Sequence record: DRR378314_1813
Length of the DNA: 64,000 nt
Direction: 5' to 3' (one strand)
Under the pieces are notes generated by a model. It ran no database searches. It was not told where the DNA came from and was given only the letters and a program-made list of their open reading frames with translations. Within the stretch, counting starts at the first letter, position 1. Each line of letters begins with the position of its first letter. The position numbers and the translations under genes are program-made. Shown here piece by piece: positions 28,901 to 38,198 of this stretch.

Positions 28901-30468
28901 ACGTAGATATCGTACTGGGGCAGGACGATTTTAGCGGCAAGGAAAAGGCCGACATGGCTTCTTCGATTGCACAAACAGGAGAACCCGCAGACATTGAGCT
29001 CCTGGTGAGGCTCATCCACGCCGATATAGAAAGAATTCGCCGGGGGCAGGCTGCCCGTGCTTCCGGAGATTCTGGTCCTCGCGTTAATGGCGCATGCATG
29101 AGCTATTCCCGGTGGCATATTGCCTCTGTCAGGTTACTCGACTCGGATAGCGCCAAGGAGGTGCTCATTGACCTACTCACCGAGCCGGAGTACCGCTCCG
29201 ACGCGGCGGCTGCAATGGCAGCCGATTTTCTACCAAAGTCGAATCACTCTTTCTCTCGCACCTTCCGATCCGACATAATGTGGGCTGCGCGCGAAGGCTG
29301 CGCTACGCTGCCGGACGACGACCAATGGCGCGCACGGTTTGCAGCCGCACTCAATTCCGAAATCAAGCGTCTGCGAGTACAAGCCCCTGAAGGGAAACCC
29401 TTCTCAGTGCTAGCAGAGCTGGCAAATGCGCTCGCTGCCGTTGATGGCTACGGTTCCGCGGCAGCGGTGCTCGACGTCATTGGAATGCCTCACGAATGGA
29501 ACCAATACACTTGTCTCGGCGCCGCCGAGCGTTTACTAATGGCTGGAGTCCTACTGCCGGTGGATACTCTATTGGCGCTGATGGATCCCATCCTCGAGCG
29601 AACTGAAAACAGGCTCCATCAATCAGACAGGGATTTACTACGACGCGCACTCGTGCTTTGTCCATTCGTAGATGACCCAAGGGCCGGAATCGCCAAGATG
29701 CGGGATGTGCTTGGCAAACGCCAATTCCGAGGATACGAGCTACGAGAGCATGTAGCGGCTCTTGGGGAGAGTCGATCGGAGGCCGCCGTAGAGCTCCTAC
29801 ACGAACTCGCAACTGATCCGCAGATGTTTGGGGAATGCGATTATTACCTCATCAATGCCCTCTCTACACTCAATACGCCGCTCTCGCGGGAACTGCTCCT
29901 CAGTTTTGTCGATCCGGATATTCCTGGCCTCTCAGTAACACGCCGTCTTCATCGCGAGGATGTTCTGGTGGAGCGGCTTGCCGAACTGGCTCAGAACGAT
30001 GCCGAAGTGGGCGAACGGCTGCGGGAGTTGTGCGAGCGTGATCTTCCGGAACTTGGTCGAGATATCCTTTCGAAAGTAATGGACTTGATTGGGACGCCAG
30101 AGGCCTTTGCCGCGAGCCTAAACCTGATTGACGACACCAAGCAATCAGCGATTCCGCAAGGTATTTGGAGACAACTCGACAATGCTTTTATGAATCGAAG
30201 CCCCCACGCCCAGAATTCCAGCGTCTTCGTGCTGACTCCAAGCTCGTCAAATCAATTGCGTATTAAGCTGTTCCAAATGGTGGTTAGGGATGAAAAACGA
30301 TCGAAGTCTGCCTTAATGCTTCTCGGTAAGATTGAGGAATTGCGCTTGGAGCAGGGTAGGCCGACAAGTGAACCGCGTCACCCCGATCTTACATCTGGCC
30401 AACCATGGCCGCCAATGGAGCCTTTCCTCCATCCTAATAAGAGCTCAACGCTCGCCGGGCCCATATAA
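25924..30468 (+). CDS. NACHT/STAND NTPase with N-terminal restriction-endonuclease-like domain and C-terminal helical repeats (candidate defence protein)
   Basis: GPAGRGKTT, LLNGWNE, ATR, TPF, FQFEHQQVQEY; N-terminal FQGL..DLGLDA. Confidence 0.8.
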   Translation: MSLLRTEIETALDELISQEEGMRFQGLAVVIGKLRCPELVARQRKKDLGLDAYARASLTRENLGKGLAASITPTLKKISHDVVTAKANFPDLRTLFFVTPAKVGNAERKRWEDEIEQEHGVELHVIEREEIITLMLMPGNASLLASFLYLKRDAESPAEDIVVRAKRAADVVARNWFFKTKNQPLINLLTVRLDHNGAESDDLLSLEQIDQALSQSRRIVLDGPAGRGKTTTLIQLALKQRFAGIPFMIELPAWTSSRREILEYIAGMPAFQAEGLTSADLAQVQAMEPFLFLLNGWNEIAESNSAQAVEALQSLERDFPSAGIIVATRKHHFTPPLPGAVQLRLLRLRHSERVSYLEARLGENGIGLRARIESELALDDLTLTPFVLSEVASLFEAGADIPSTKIGILSEVLRLQEQRDEHRSALLTAPIFGRQTDFLKTLATEMTRRGAVYLAEAEARSFTADVTKELVASGQLSPAGSPEVLSGLTAHHVLERIDYPKTAFQFEHQQVQEYYTALDLFERLLDIGEDQEAIDRFKEQYVNDPVWSEPVRMIAEMCAESTGDEALHERILCAGVKLVEMTLTVDIVFAGELARLCGTVVWKKVRDSVGERLRNVYTSQEETFQLIALAAMLGTGSDDFRDIIVPVLSGSDQQSRLKTYRLFPSIQTSSLGPNWRDEVRGWSEEARSDFIAELLHHRVDVEIATFSAEDESRAVKSAAVSGLLWTGSEEVLVQVLESLDTETFKEFACQYSQEFPEALRPKQILAIRNRLDTTKGPSTRLRTALKLIDLGEGGLADIIKDAMTALSDSEMRQVGSPTFKQALEHIWRTDPEWASDWVATRIAEGSLWEPKYWLPFATSVSDDLVENLLKRLETGDLRKERIDGLIFAVSQLSNEKISARVFAKLRELSGRVDEDPHQRHELEPQIIWQLKALFRSFPGDIAAAGILSSASCGDPLDLKVASQVLSRIASDMEPLNISDDDLRLRLRDYLRSNVDIVLGQDDFSGKEKADMASSIAQTGEPADIELLVRLIHADIERIRRGQAARASGDSGPRVNGACMSYSRWHIASVRLLDSDSAKEVLIDLLTEPEYRSDAAAAMAADFLPKSNHSFSRTFRSDIMWAAREGCATLPDDDQWRARFAAALNSEIKRLRVQAPEGKPFSVLAELANALAAVDGYGSAAAVLDVIGMPHEWNQYTCLGAAERLLMAGVLLPVDTLLALMDPILERTENRLHQSDRDLLRRALVLCPFVDDPRAGIAKMRDVLGKRQFRGYELREHVAALGESRSEAAVELLHELATDPQMFGECDYYLINALSTLNTPLSRELLLSFVDPDIPGLSVTRRLHREDVLVERLAELAQNDAEVGERLRELCERDLPELGRDILSKVMDLIGTPEAFAASLNLIDDTKQSAIPQGIWRQLDNAFMNRSPHAQNSSVFVLTPSSSNQLRIKLFQMVVRDEKRSKSALMLLGKIEELRLEQGRPTSEPRHPDLTSGQPWPPMEPFLHPNKSSTLAGPI

Positions 30469-30710
30469 CCAAGCTGTTATCAAGAGCATCTATTATTTGG
30501 GCAACGCCTGAGAGCTGACGCCAGGGAAATTCTTAATCGGAGCGATATGCGATTCGACGCCGCCCCCTTGTCTCGAAGGCGTCGACCTTCCTCTAAACTA
30601 TACTCTGAAACCATAAATATGGGCATATTTTAGGTTTAAACCACTATATATTGATTTTTGTGACGATGTGTGTTTAAAATTTCCTGTAGTCTGAATAGTG
30701 GGGTAGCAAG

Positions 30711-30935
30711 ATGTCAGGCAAAAACCAGCATGTTGTGCAACGGGAAAATGGTTGGGCCGTAAAGGGCGAAGGCAACACTCGGGATACGTCACATCACTCA
30801 ACCCAGGCAGAAGCTGCCGAGGCGGCACGGGAAATTGCCCGTCGCCAAAGTAGCGAAGTTTTAATCCATGGGCGTGATGGCCGTATACGGGAGAGAGATT
30901 CTTACGGGAACGATCCCTATCCTCCAAAGGGGTAA
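30711..30935 (+). CDS. DUF2188-family protein
   Basis: NQHVV..GWAVKGEG..TQAEA..IHGRDGRIRERDSYGNDP. Confidence 0.88.
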   Translation: MSGKNQHVVQRENGWAVKGEGNTRDTSHHSTQAEAAEAAREIARRQSSEVLIHGRDGRIRERDSYGNDPYPPKG

Positions 30936-31047
30936 GAACCGATAGGCAGACAAACTAGTTCTACGAAGGGCTATTGACAGCGAGCGCGTATAGGTCCGAG
31001 CACCCTCCTGTTGAGAGCAGTCGTTCAGTCAGCGCAAGAGGCACAAT

Positions 31048-32220
31048 ATGAGGCAACGGTTTACCATCCAAAAGCTACTGAACAACAGACTCGCAGATTC
31101 GGCATTCTTGGACTGCCTGTCCGTTGATGCGACGGAGAAGGAGCAGCTCTTACTGTACCGGGAGACAATAAGAAATCGGTTAAAATTAGGCTTTAGAGAT
31201 TTTGAGGAAAGAGCTAGTGAATTAGCCCCCACACTCAGGGAAATAAGTTCGCTAAAACCGAAGTTCTGGACTCAAGGCAGTGTTTCCTACCGCACTCTCA
31301 ATAATCCGGCCCATAATCCACCTCAACAAATAGACTTGGATGACGGGGTCTATTTCCCCATGGAATTAGTCAATGGGAAGCCGAAGGCTGCAAAGAAAGC
31401 ACTTTTGCAAAGTGTTTGGGTAATACTCGAAACGATCTGTGAGGAAAATGGTTGGGAACTCTCCGAGAAGCCCACTTGTGCGCGAATCAGGATCAACCAA
31501 CGAATGCACATCGATATTCCTGTATACGCTATTCCGCGTGAACGATATCTTGTCATGAAAGACGCACTGTCCGCCAATGCTCGATCAGGAGTGATGAGTG
31601 ATTCGGATACCACGTTACTCGATCCCAATGAAGTTTATTTGGCTATGTGGGACGACAAGGACGATTGGGTCCAGTCAGACCCCAAAGAGCTTGAAAAGTG
31701 GTTCAAGAAAGAGCTTTCAATACATGGAGAACGGTTGCGGCGGACTTGCCGTTATTTGAAAGCATGGCGTGACTACACATGGAAGAAAGGCGGTCCTTCA
31801 TCCATCGCACTCATGGCAGCCTCAGCTCAGGTTTTCGACGATCACATGCACGAAATCAATCAAGAATTCAACACGGACTGTCAGGCGCTACTTGAAGTAG
31901 CAAATCGATTGCCGGGTATATTTTCGCAGCAGCTCCTCAATCCAGTCGGTACTTCCGAATTGTTCCCAAATGGCTTGGATGAGGATCAAGTTGCAGATAT
32001 TCAGAATGGAGTTGCCAAATTTTCACTTCAAATTCAGACCGCACTTTGCGCTTCAAAGGACAATCTAGAGGTTGTTGCCAATCTTGAGCAGTGTTTTGGG
32101 TCTCGCATTCCATCACGACCCGATTGGGTTTTGCTTATGTCTGTCGCAGATTTAGTGAAAAGCACTCCCACCGAACCGCAGACCAAACCTAAACCCTCTG
32201 AGTCACACCGCTCTGCATGA
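31048..32220 (+). CDS. CBASS CD-NTase, DncV-like
   Basis: FWTQGS..TLN..DLDDGVY, HIDIP, RYLKAWRD. Confidence 0.92.
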   Translation: MRQRFTIQKLLNNRLADSAFLDCLSVDATEKEQLLLYRETIRNRLKLGFRDFEERASELAPTLREISSLKPKFWTQGSVSYRTLNNPAHNPPQQIDLDDGVYFPMELVNGKPKAAKKALLQSVWVILETICEENGWELSEKPTCARIRINQRMHIDIPVYAIPRERYLVMKDALSANARSGVMSDSDTTLLDPNEVYLAMWDDKDDWVQSDPKELEKWFKKELSIHGERLRRTCRYLKAWRDYTWKKGGPSSIALMAASAQVFDDHMHEINQEFNTDCQALLEVANRLPGIFSQQLLNPVGTSELFPNGLDEDQVADIQNGVAKFSLQIQTALCASKDNLEVVANLEQCFGSRIPSRPDWVLLMSVADLVKSTPTEPQTKPKPSESHRSA

Positions 32221-33977
32221 ATGGAGTAGAGTTGAAAGAGGGGGCGATCGCTTCAATAACTCGCGTGTTTATCAGCCGAGGATTGAGGTTGATTCCTGGG
32301 GCTGAGCTCGCCTTTAGCTGGAAAGTAACGATTGAAGGCGTAGTCTTCAAACTCCGTGTCTGTGAAATAGATCCTTCATTCAGAATGCTTCCACTCGTTC
32401 AACTTCAGGAAATACCCGACGAACTTCCTTTTGTACTGCCCCATGTCATTGGAAAGGATCGATTTCTCTGCTACTTGGATACGACAGGGAAATACTTCGA
32501 TCCGTTCGAACCAGAAATCAGTGGACGTATGATCCTCGATGCGATTGAGCAAACACTCCTGATTCTTCTGGACGAACCGACTAGTAGTCGAGATTTTGGG
32601 ATTGAGTTCGGTACATATTGGGAACCGAAATGCGCTGGCTATTTAATGACAACAGAGACAATCGCAGAGGCTTCGCTGCTACGTACTTGCGGAGTGGATG
32701 AGCGTGAGAGGCTGGAGGCTGTGATTTATTCGGGAAAGGACGCCCTGGACCAATGGTGCAAGAATCGTAGTCTTCAGGAATGCATAGCGTCCTTTCCCGC
32801 GTTGGTCATTCAACTGAAGGAATCTACTCGTATCCCTCACGATAGAGACTGGCCACCGACATTATGGAGCGATTTCTTGAGTTGGTTGTACAAGTATCAC
32901 CCTGGTGCGGAACTTAACCTGCTTGAAAGACTCATCGGTACTATTAATCGGTCTCTGACGATGTTTATCGTTCTGATTCATCCTGCTAGTGGACCGTTTG
33001 GCATCGCTGTTTCCTTTAAGCCTACGGTGAAAAAAGTCACTTCGCGGTTTCGGAAGGGAAAACCGAAAGGGAAGAACAATCTAGGTCTTGGACAGCTACG
33101 CCAAGTTCTAAAAAGTCCTATGCATGTGCACAGTTTCGAACGATGGGGTATCGAAAACGTAACCGACCTTTTCCTTACAAATCGAAACCTAGTGACGCCT
33201 TCACTTGAGAATAAAAAAATCGCTGTAATGGGCTGTGGCACGGTTGGCGCCCATGTTGCAAATCTACTGACAAAAGTTGGGGCCGGGGCTGGAAAGGAAG
33301 GGGAATTAGCCCTTTTTGATGGTGATATGCTTAGGCCATCAAATATCGGGCGACACTTCCTCGGTGTCGAATATCTTGGTGAAAACAAGGCCGCAGGTGT
33401 CGCCGATAAGCTTAAAAAGCTTTGCTTGCACCCGCGGACTGTTCCGGCACATGGATATCTAGAGCCCGATAAGTTCGCTACGGTATTTGACTATAGCTTG
33501 ATCATTGATGCGACGGGGGATGAGCAGATATCTACGTTGTTATCGTTTGCAGCCCAACGAGCGAGGCAAACAGGCAGAAGTGTCGCCATATTACATGTGT
33601 GGATAGACGCTAACGGATTGGCTACTAGAGCGCTGTTAGATGATGGCAACGGGGGATGCTATCGATGCTTAAAAATCTACGAAACCTCGGGTGGACAACA
33701 CCAATTGATGGAGAGGTTTGGGCTTTTTCGTAACGATGATCAGGTACCGGAAGTTGCCAGGATCCATTATCAATGCGGAGAAAGCTATGTTCCTTTTTCG
33801 GAAGGTGTTTCCGTTATAGCAGCTGGGATGGGACAGCAAATGGCCACAGAGTATCTCTCTGGGGAGACTGGCCCCAGATTTAGGCACATTAGCTTACATT
33901 CAGAGGTCAAACATACCAAGTCACAGAATCTCTCGAGGTATTCAAATTGCCCATGCTGCAGCCCAAGAAGGAATTAG
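32217..33977 (+). CDS. cap2: CBASS Cap2 (E2-E1/ThiF fusion)
   Basis: LPHV..LCY E2 part; GCGTVG, SNIGRH, DATG, CYRC, CPCC. Confidence 0.9.
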   Translation: MNGVELKEGAIASITRVFISRGLRLIPGAELAFSWKVTIEGVVFKLRVCEIDPSFRMLPLVQLQEIPDELPFVLPHVIGKDRFLCYLDTTGKYFDPFEPEISGRMILDAIEQTLLILLDEPTSSRDFGIEFGTYWEPKCAGYLMTTETIAEASLLRTCGVDERERLEAVIYSGKDALDQWCKNRSLQECIASFPALVIQLKESTRIPHDRDWPPTLWSDFLSWLYKYHPGAELNLLERLIGTINRSLTMFIVLIHPASGPFGIAVSFKPTVKKVTSRFRKGKPKGKNNLGLGQLRQVLKSPMHVHSFERWGIENVTDLFLTNRNLVTPSLENKKIAVMGCGTVGAHVANLLTKVGAGAGKEGELALFDGDMLRPSNIGRHFLGVEYLGENKAAGVADKLKKLCLHPRTVPAHGYLEPDKFATVFDYSLIIDATGDEQISTLLSFAAQRARQTGRSVAILHVWIDANGLATRALLDDGNGGCYRCLKIYETSGGQHQLMERFGLFRNDDQVPEVARIHYQCGESYVPFSEGVSVIAAGMGQQMATEYLSGETGPRFRHISLHSEVKHTKSQNLSRYSNCPCCSPRRN

Positions 33978-34471
33978 ACTTTTTCACAATGCTTCCTTCC
34001 GGGGGATTTCTACTGGTTCCAAATAGACTGATGAGTATCTTCGACAGCTATCGACAGTTGAACTCAATGGACCTAGAGGCAGGGGGTGTACTGATTGGTT
34101 CCTGGCGGGGAGCCTGGGCATCATCAAGACAAGGCCATATCGAACTAACACAATGTTCCCAGCCATGTATGAATGACCTAAGGTCGCGAGATGGTTTCGA
34201 AAGGCGATGCAAACACCATCTCAATACTGCAGAGATGGCGTGGCACCAGTCTAACGGACTTGAGTCATACCTTGGCGAATGGCATACCCATCCAGAAGGC
34301 AACCCCATACCATCTTCAGAAGATATGCGGCAGTGGAGAAAGAACCTCCGAGGAAAAGAGAGTGTGGTGATTATTGTTGGCATTTACGCACTATGGGTCG
34401 GGTTCTGGGATGGCAAAAATGCTATTTCCCTGCCAAAACTCAAAGAAGACTCCCACAATATTAGTAATTAA
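33947..34471 (+). CDS. cap3: CBASS Cap3 JAB peptidase
   Basis: EAGGVL..YLGEWHTHPE..PSSED. Confidence 0.9.
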   Translation: MPMLQPKKELDFFTMLPSGGFLLVPNRLMSIFDSYRQLNSMDLEAGGVLIGSWRGAWASSRQGHIELTQCSQPCMNDLRSRDGFERRCKHHLNTAEMAWHQSNGLESYLGEWHTHPEGNPIPSSEDMRQWRKNLRGKESVVIIVGIYALWVGFWDGKNAISLPKLKEDSHNISN

Positions 34472-34510
34472 ATTCGTAAGTCTATTACCCATCATCTCCG
34501 GAATTGATTT

Positions 34511-35179
34511 ATGTGGAAGGTGCTACCGAAATCCATCGTGTTCAAGATTATCGTCGCAATTGTTGCCACTATCGCCACATCGATATTCCTCTGGAGTACC
34601 GAAGGTTGGTTTGGACTTGTTTCCTTTTTCACTGACGGCGGTCTTATAGACCTTCTAAAAGTATTAACTCCAATATTTTTGACTTTCCTTATTACGACCT
34701 GGTTTTTAGGGTCTGTGGCGTGGAAAGCTGCTTGGAAACTCCCTTGGTTAGGCCAGGCTTTGAACCAGAAAGTATGCCCAAATCTCAATGGTGTTTGGAC
34801 AGGGTGCACGGAATCGAGCCACAGAGATGAAGTCGGCAACAAAGTAAAAACTCCGGTTGAGATGATAATCAAGGCAACGTTTTTCGGATTCGATATGAGT
34901 TTCAGATCGATTGATGACTATCACCAGAGCAAGGTCATACAAAGCGAAATATACAAAGATCCAAGAGATGGGGAATTCTTAGTTTCATATATATTTGAAG
35001 CGGAAGTCCAAAGCCCGGTAAATACTGACGATTCGAAGTTTGATGGAGCAGCAAAACTCAAAGTTAAATTTAGCAAAGAAAATGAAATTGAACTGTCTGG
35101 GATCTACTGGACCAACCGCGCCTGGCAGAGGGGAATGCAAACAGCAGGGACTATACGTCTTTCACGGTGCAAAGACTGA
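34511..35179 (+). CDS. SMODS-associated 2TM beta-rich effector (Cap15-like)
   Basis: Two TM segments, then PNLNGVWTG and a beta-rich domain ending G.YWTNR. Confidence 0.8.
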   Translation: MWKVLPKSIVFKIIVAIVATIATSIFLWSTEGWFGLVSFFTDGGLIDLLKVLTPIFLTFLITTWFLGSVAWKAAWKLPWLGQALNQKVCPNLNGVWTGCTESSHRDEVGNKVKTPVEMIIKATFFGFDMSFRSIDDYHQSKVIQSEIYKDPRDGEFLVSYIFEAEVQSPVNTDDSKFDGAAKLKVKFSKENEIELSGIYWTNRAWQRGMQTAGTIRLSRCKD

Positions 35180-35245
35180 TTTGTGGTAGCTTGCGACTAA
35201 GTAACATACCTAAATCTATTATCACTATTCATCCTTGTAGGTACG

Positions 35246-35986
35246 TCATAATTCTGAGGCAGCATTGTCCATCCACTGCTTATCAATTTTGCTGACTTTG
35301 ACTGTTGAAGTTTCGGAACCAAACAACCTAAGTTCACCTTCTTGTATTATTCCTGCCAATTCCATACGTGATATTGGGTCATGAACCCATGTAAATACAG
35401 GGCAACCGCTGATTCCACCTAAAGCGGTAAGTTCATCCCACCGTCGATCAGATTCAATTTCTTCCTCCAGTTCCTTTTCCATCAAACATGAAAAAGTTGA
35501 ATGATCCACGCTCGTGACCAGGCAGCCACCATGTGAAAATGTATCGAATTGGTAGCCATGTTCAGTTTTTGACCTAAAGCAACCAGGATAACCGCCGAAA
35601 TTTACGTATTGATCGGGCTTGATGATTACTTCAGATTGAGGGACTTGAATAAAGTTTGGATGCGTTCCAGATATATGGAAATTGTCAGCTATATTTTGAT
35701 CGACTTCGAAACAACAGAGATCATTCGCCGCGTCAGTAAATTTTTTGGTCTCTATAAGACCAAACCGACTGTTACCAATCTGACAGTAGTTTTGATCACT
35801 AATTTGCTTTTCAATTTCCTCAATGACGTGCTGATTCGTTATACAAAAATACCGGTCGTGGTTCTTCACAAGGGTTACAGTGGCGTTGCCGGGGAATAAG
35901 ATCCCTTTTTCTGATAGGCAGCAGATTGGCAGGGTATACCGCAATGGCACCCTGTTAAGTTCTTTTTTGAGTTCTAATTCATCCAT
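35246..35986 (-). CDS. Trypsin-like serine protease
   Basis: TNQHV (His), DLC (Asp), GYP, GGISGCPVF (Ser). Confidence 0.75.
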   Translation of the reverse strand: MDELELKKELNRVPLRYTLPICCLSEKGILFPGNATVTLVKNHDRYFCITNQHVIEEIEKQISDQNYCQIGNSRFGLIETKKFTDAANDLCCFEVDQNIADNFHISGTHPNFIQVPQSEVIIKPDQYVNFGGYPGCFRSKTEHGYQFDTFSHGGCLVTSVDHSTFSCLMEKELEEEIESDRRWDELTALGGISGCPVFTWVHDPISRMELAGIIQEGELRLFGSETSTVKVSKIDKQWMDNAASEL

Positions 35987-36045
35987 GACACCAAATCTCG
36001 AGTTAAACTAGTTTCCTGAATGTCGTCGGTATTTCCAACAATCGT

Positions 36046-36843
36046 CTATCCAATATAGTTAAAGCCAGCATCTTGCAAAGCTTCTTTTAAGGAGTCTTCC
36101 GGCGGCTCCTCATAGATCAGCGTTGTGGAAGGGGAGACGTGACCAGCAATTTTCTGGGCGACTTTTACCGATTTTTTTTGGTGGTGAATAATATTGGTCA
36201 TTAGCGTTCGACGACCACTATGTGAACTTGCACGCTCAATCCCAGCCCAATTTCTCTGCATCAACGCCAGATGTTCTTGTAACGTGTTGGGGGAGTAAGA
36301 GGCACCTTTTTGAGTCAGGAAGAGGGGATCGGTCCTCTTCACCGACCGATTTCTGTTCAGGCGGACTGAGAGATAACTCTCTAGAGCCGTTCTTAAAGCA
36401 CAGTCGTTCATCGGTAGGTCTCTAGACTTTCCGCGGTGCTTTTTTATCTCAGGATAAAAATCCCCTGGGTAGATCTCGGCGCCAGCCTTGGCCATAGTCT
36501 CGATTCGTCGTACAAGCTGGTCGAATTCATGAACACTGAAACTAATACGACGCCGTTGGTACGTTGATTTAGATCGCTTCAACGCATCGGCACCTTTTGT
36601 GTAAGCCGCCGGCAACGCGAGAATTTCCTTCAACTTAAACGAACGCTGACCGGAAGTTTCGGGGCCGAGTTCGGCGACGTCTTTGATCTGAAGAAGCGCA
36701 ATTTCTTGGACTCGCAGTCCGAGCTTGAAGCTGATCTGAACCAGTGCCGTGTTCTTTTCCGGGTAGCGGTGCTCCTGGATTACGCTCAAGAGGTGGGCGA
36801 ACTGATTGGGCGTGAGTACCCGGGCCTGGCCGGTTTTGCTCAT
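36046..36843 (-). CDS. Tyrosine recombinase, catalytic domain only, copy 2
   Basis: 265 aa; about 32 differences from copy 1 (~88% identity); all catalytic residues intact. Confidence 0.9.
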   Translation of the reverse strand: MSKTGQARVLTPNQFAHLLSVIQEHRYPEKNTALVQISFKLGLRVQEIALLQIKDVAELGPETSGQRSFKLKEILALPAAYTKGADALKRSKSTYQRRRISFSVHEFDQLVRRIETMAKAGAEIYPGDFYPEIKKHRGKSRDLPMNDCALRTALESYLSVRLNRNRSVKRTDPLFLTQKGASYSPNTLQEHLALMQRNWAGIERASSHSGRRTLMTNIIHHQKKSVKVAQKIAGHVSPSTTLIYEEPPEDSLKEALQDAGFNYIG

Positions 36844-36927
36844 AGGAAAAGCTCCTGGAAAGCCGCTTGAGCGCATGGATAGGGTGGAAATTAAAATCCG
36901 TAATAATGTTATTTCAACGCATATCGT

Positions 36928-36955
36928 ACTGCGCATAATGTATATTATGTTAAAT
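36928..36955 (+). other. dif: Chromosomal dif site (XerC/XerD)
   Basis: ACTGCGCATAA-TGTATA-TTATGTTAAAT, 26/28 identical to E. coli dif; the KOPS seen converge on it. Confidence 0.93.
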
Positions 36956-37079
36956 GCTATAGGGAGAGACACGTGTCGATCTCTACAAATGGTCACCGCC
37001 TCTTGCTGCGCACATGCACCTGCTAGTGCGAGTTCCCTACACGAACCTTATTGACTCTATAGGTACTACAGGGTTTTTC

Positions 37080-37463
37080 ATGACGACTGAACAGTTGGAT
37101 TCGTTTGGGAGCGCTTTGGTAATGAAAGGTGAACTGAGAGAATTCTATCGCGCGGAACTGACTGCTGCGCGCCACGCTGAGAAGATGGACGACTTTCGAA
37201 AAGCATTCGCCCACCTTGAACGCGCTCATATCCTGAGCCAGAAATACGCTCTGGCGCACGCTGCGACTCATATCCGCATGCTCAGACTTGGTTGGCGAAC
37301 ACGCGAGATCCTTGGGCAGCCCACTCGAGCCATTGCGGCCCTGCTCTTTTCACGCATCTGGGTTCCTTCGGGAAATACCGGGCGTGCGAACGTCAGCGCG
37401 TTTGCACCAATGCCTTTGCCTGAAGACCTGGCCAAGGTGCTAAGAGGGTCTTCGGCGGGCTGA
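37080..37463 (+). CDS. DUF3703-family protein
   Basis: HLERAHILSQ..H..ML..GNTGRANV. Confidence 0.8.
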   Translation: MTTEQLDSFGSALVMKGELREFYRAELTAARHAEKMDDFRKAFAHLERAHILSQKYALAHAATHIRMLRLGWRTREILGQPTRAIAALLFSRIWVPSGNTGRANVSAFAPMPLPEDLAKVLRGSSAG

Positions 37464-37490
37464 GGAAGTCATTCTTCATTGTGCCCAGCG

Positions 37491-38198
37491 TCAATCGACG
37501 TAACCGCCTGCGGCCTGGAGGATCGCCTGGGAGTCCTTTGGGGTAACCCAGATCGCAATAGCACTGCGCTCCTGTCCCTTATCAGGGAATTCTGGAATCG
37601 TCATGGTCCAGCTTTTCTCACCAGGCACTGTCATCATCTCCAACACCACAAAATCGTGTGAGAGCTCTCGGCCACGATTTTCGCCCGCTTTTATGGAGGT
37701 CGTCAGGCCCATTCCGAGTATGGCTATGTGCAGCTGACCAGCCTTTTCACCATCAAATTCCGCTGTTAGCCGTCGAGTCTCGTCAAGTTGGGCCTTGAGT
37801 ATGCCTACTTCTCGGCTGTCATCTGCCCAGGTTCGTTTCCCCCGGAACCACTGCCGCCATTCGCCACTATTGACCACAATACCCGGCGTGTAAGACTGGC
37901 TAACAAGGCCTTCCCGAACGTATTGGCGCTGGCGTTGGCTAAAGGCGGGTTTTGCAAACGGGTCTTTCCAGCCTATGTAATCCCAGTAGTCAACGTGGAA
38001 CGCCATCGGAACGAATCCATTGAAGAGCTCTGGATGACTCTTCAATGAGCTAAGCCATCGATCCGCAGGCGGGCAACTGCTACACCCCTCTGACGTGAAC
38101 AGTTCTACCACGTCGGTCCTGGTTGCTTCGCTGCTCCACTCAGTGGCATGAGCGAATGAGGACGCGAAGAACAGAAGCACTATCCACCATGTTTTCAT
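37491..38198 (-). CDS. DUF1223-family exported protein
   Basis: VVELFTSEGCSSCPPAD, HVDYWDYIGWKDPF. Confidence 0.9.
   Translation of the reverse strand: MKTWWIVLLFFASSFAHATEWSSEATRTDVVELFTSEGCSSCPPADRWLSSLKSHPELFNGFVPMAFHVDYWDYIGWKDPFAKPAFSQRQRQYVREGLVSQSYTPGIVVNSGEWRQWFRGKRTWADDSREVGILKAQLDETRRLTAEFDGEKAGQLHIAILGMGLTTSIKAGENRGRELSHDFVVLEMMTVPGEKSWTMTIPEFPDKGQERSAIAIWVTPKDSQAILQAAGGYVD

Noticed and set aside
36893-36919. Second degenerate dif beside the real one
   Set aside because: The TAA..TTA spacer is 5 bp and both arms match poorly.
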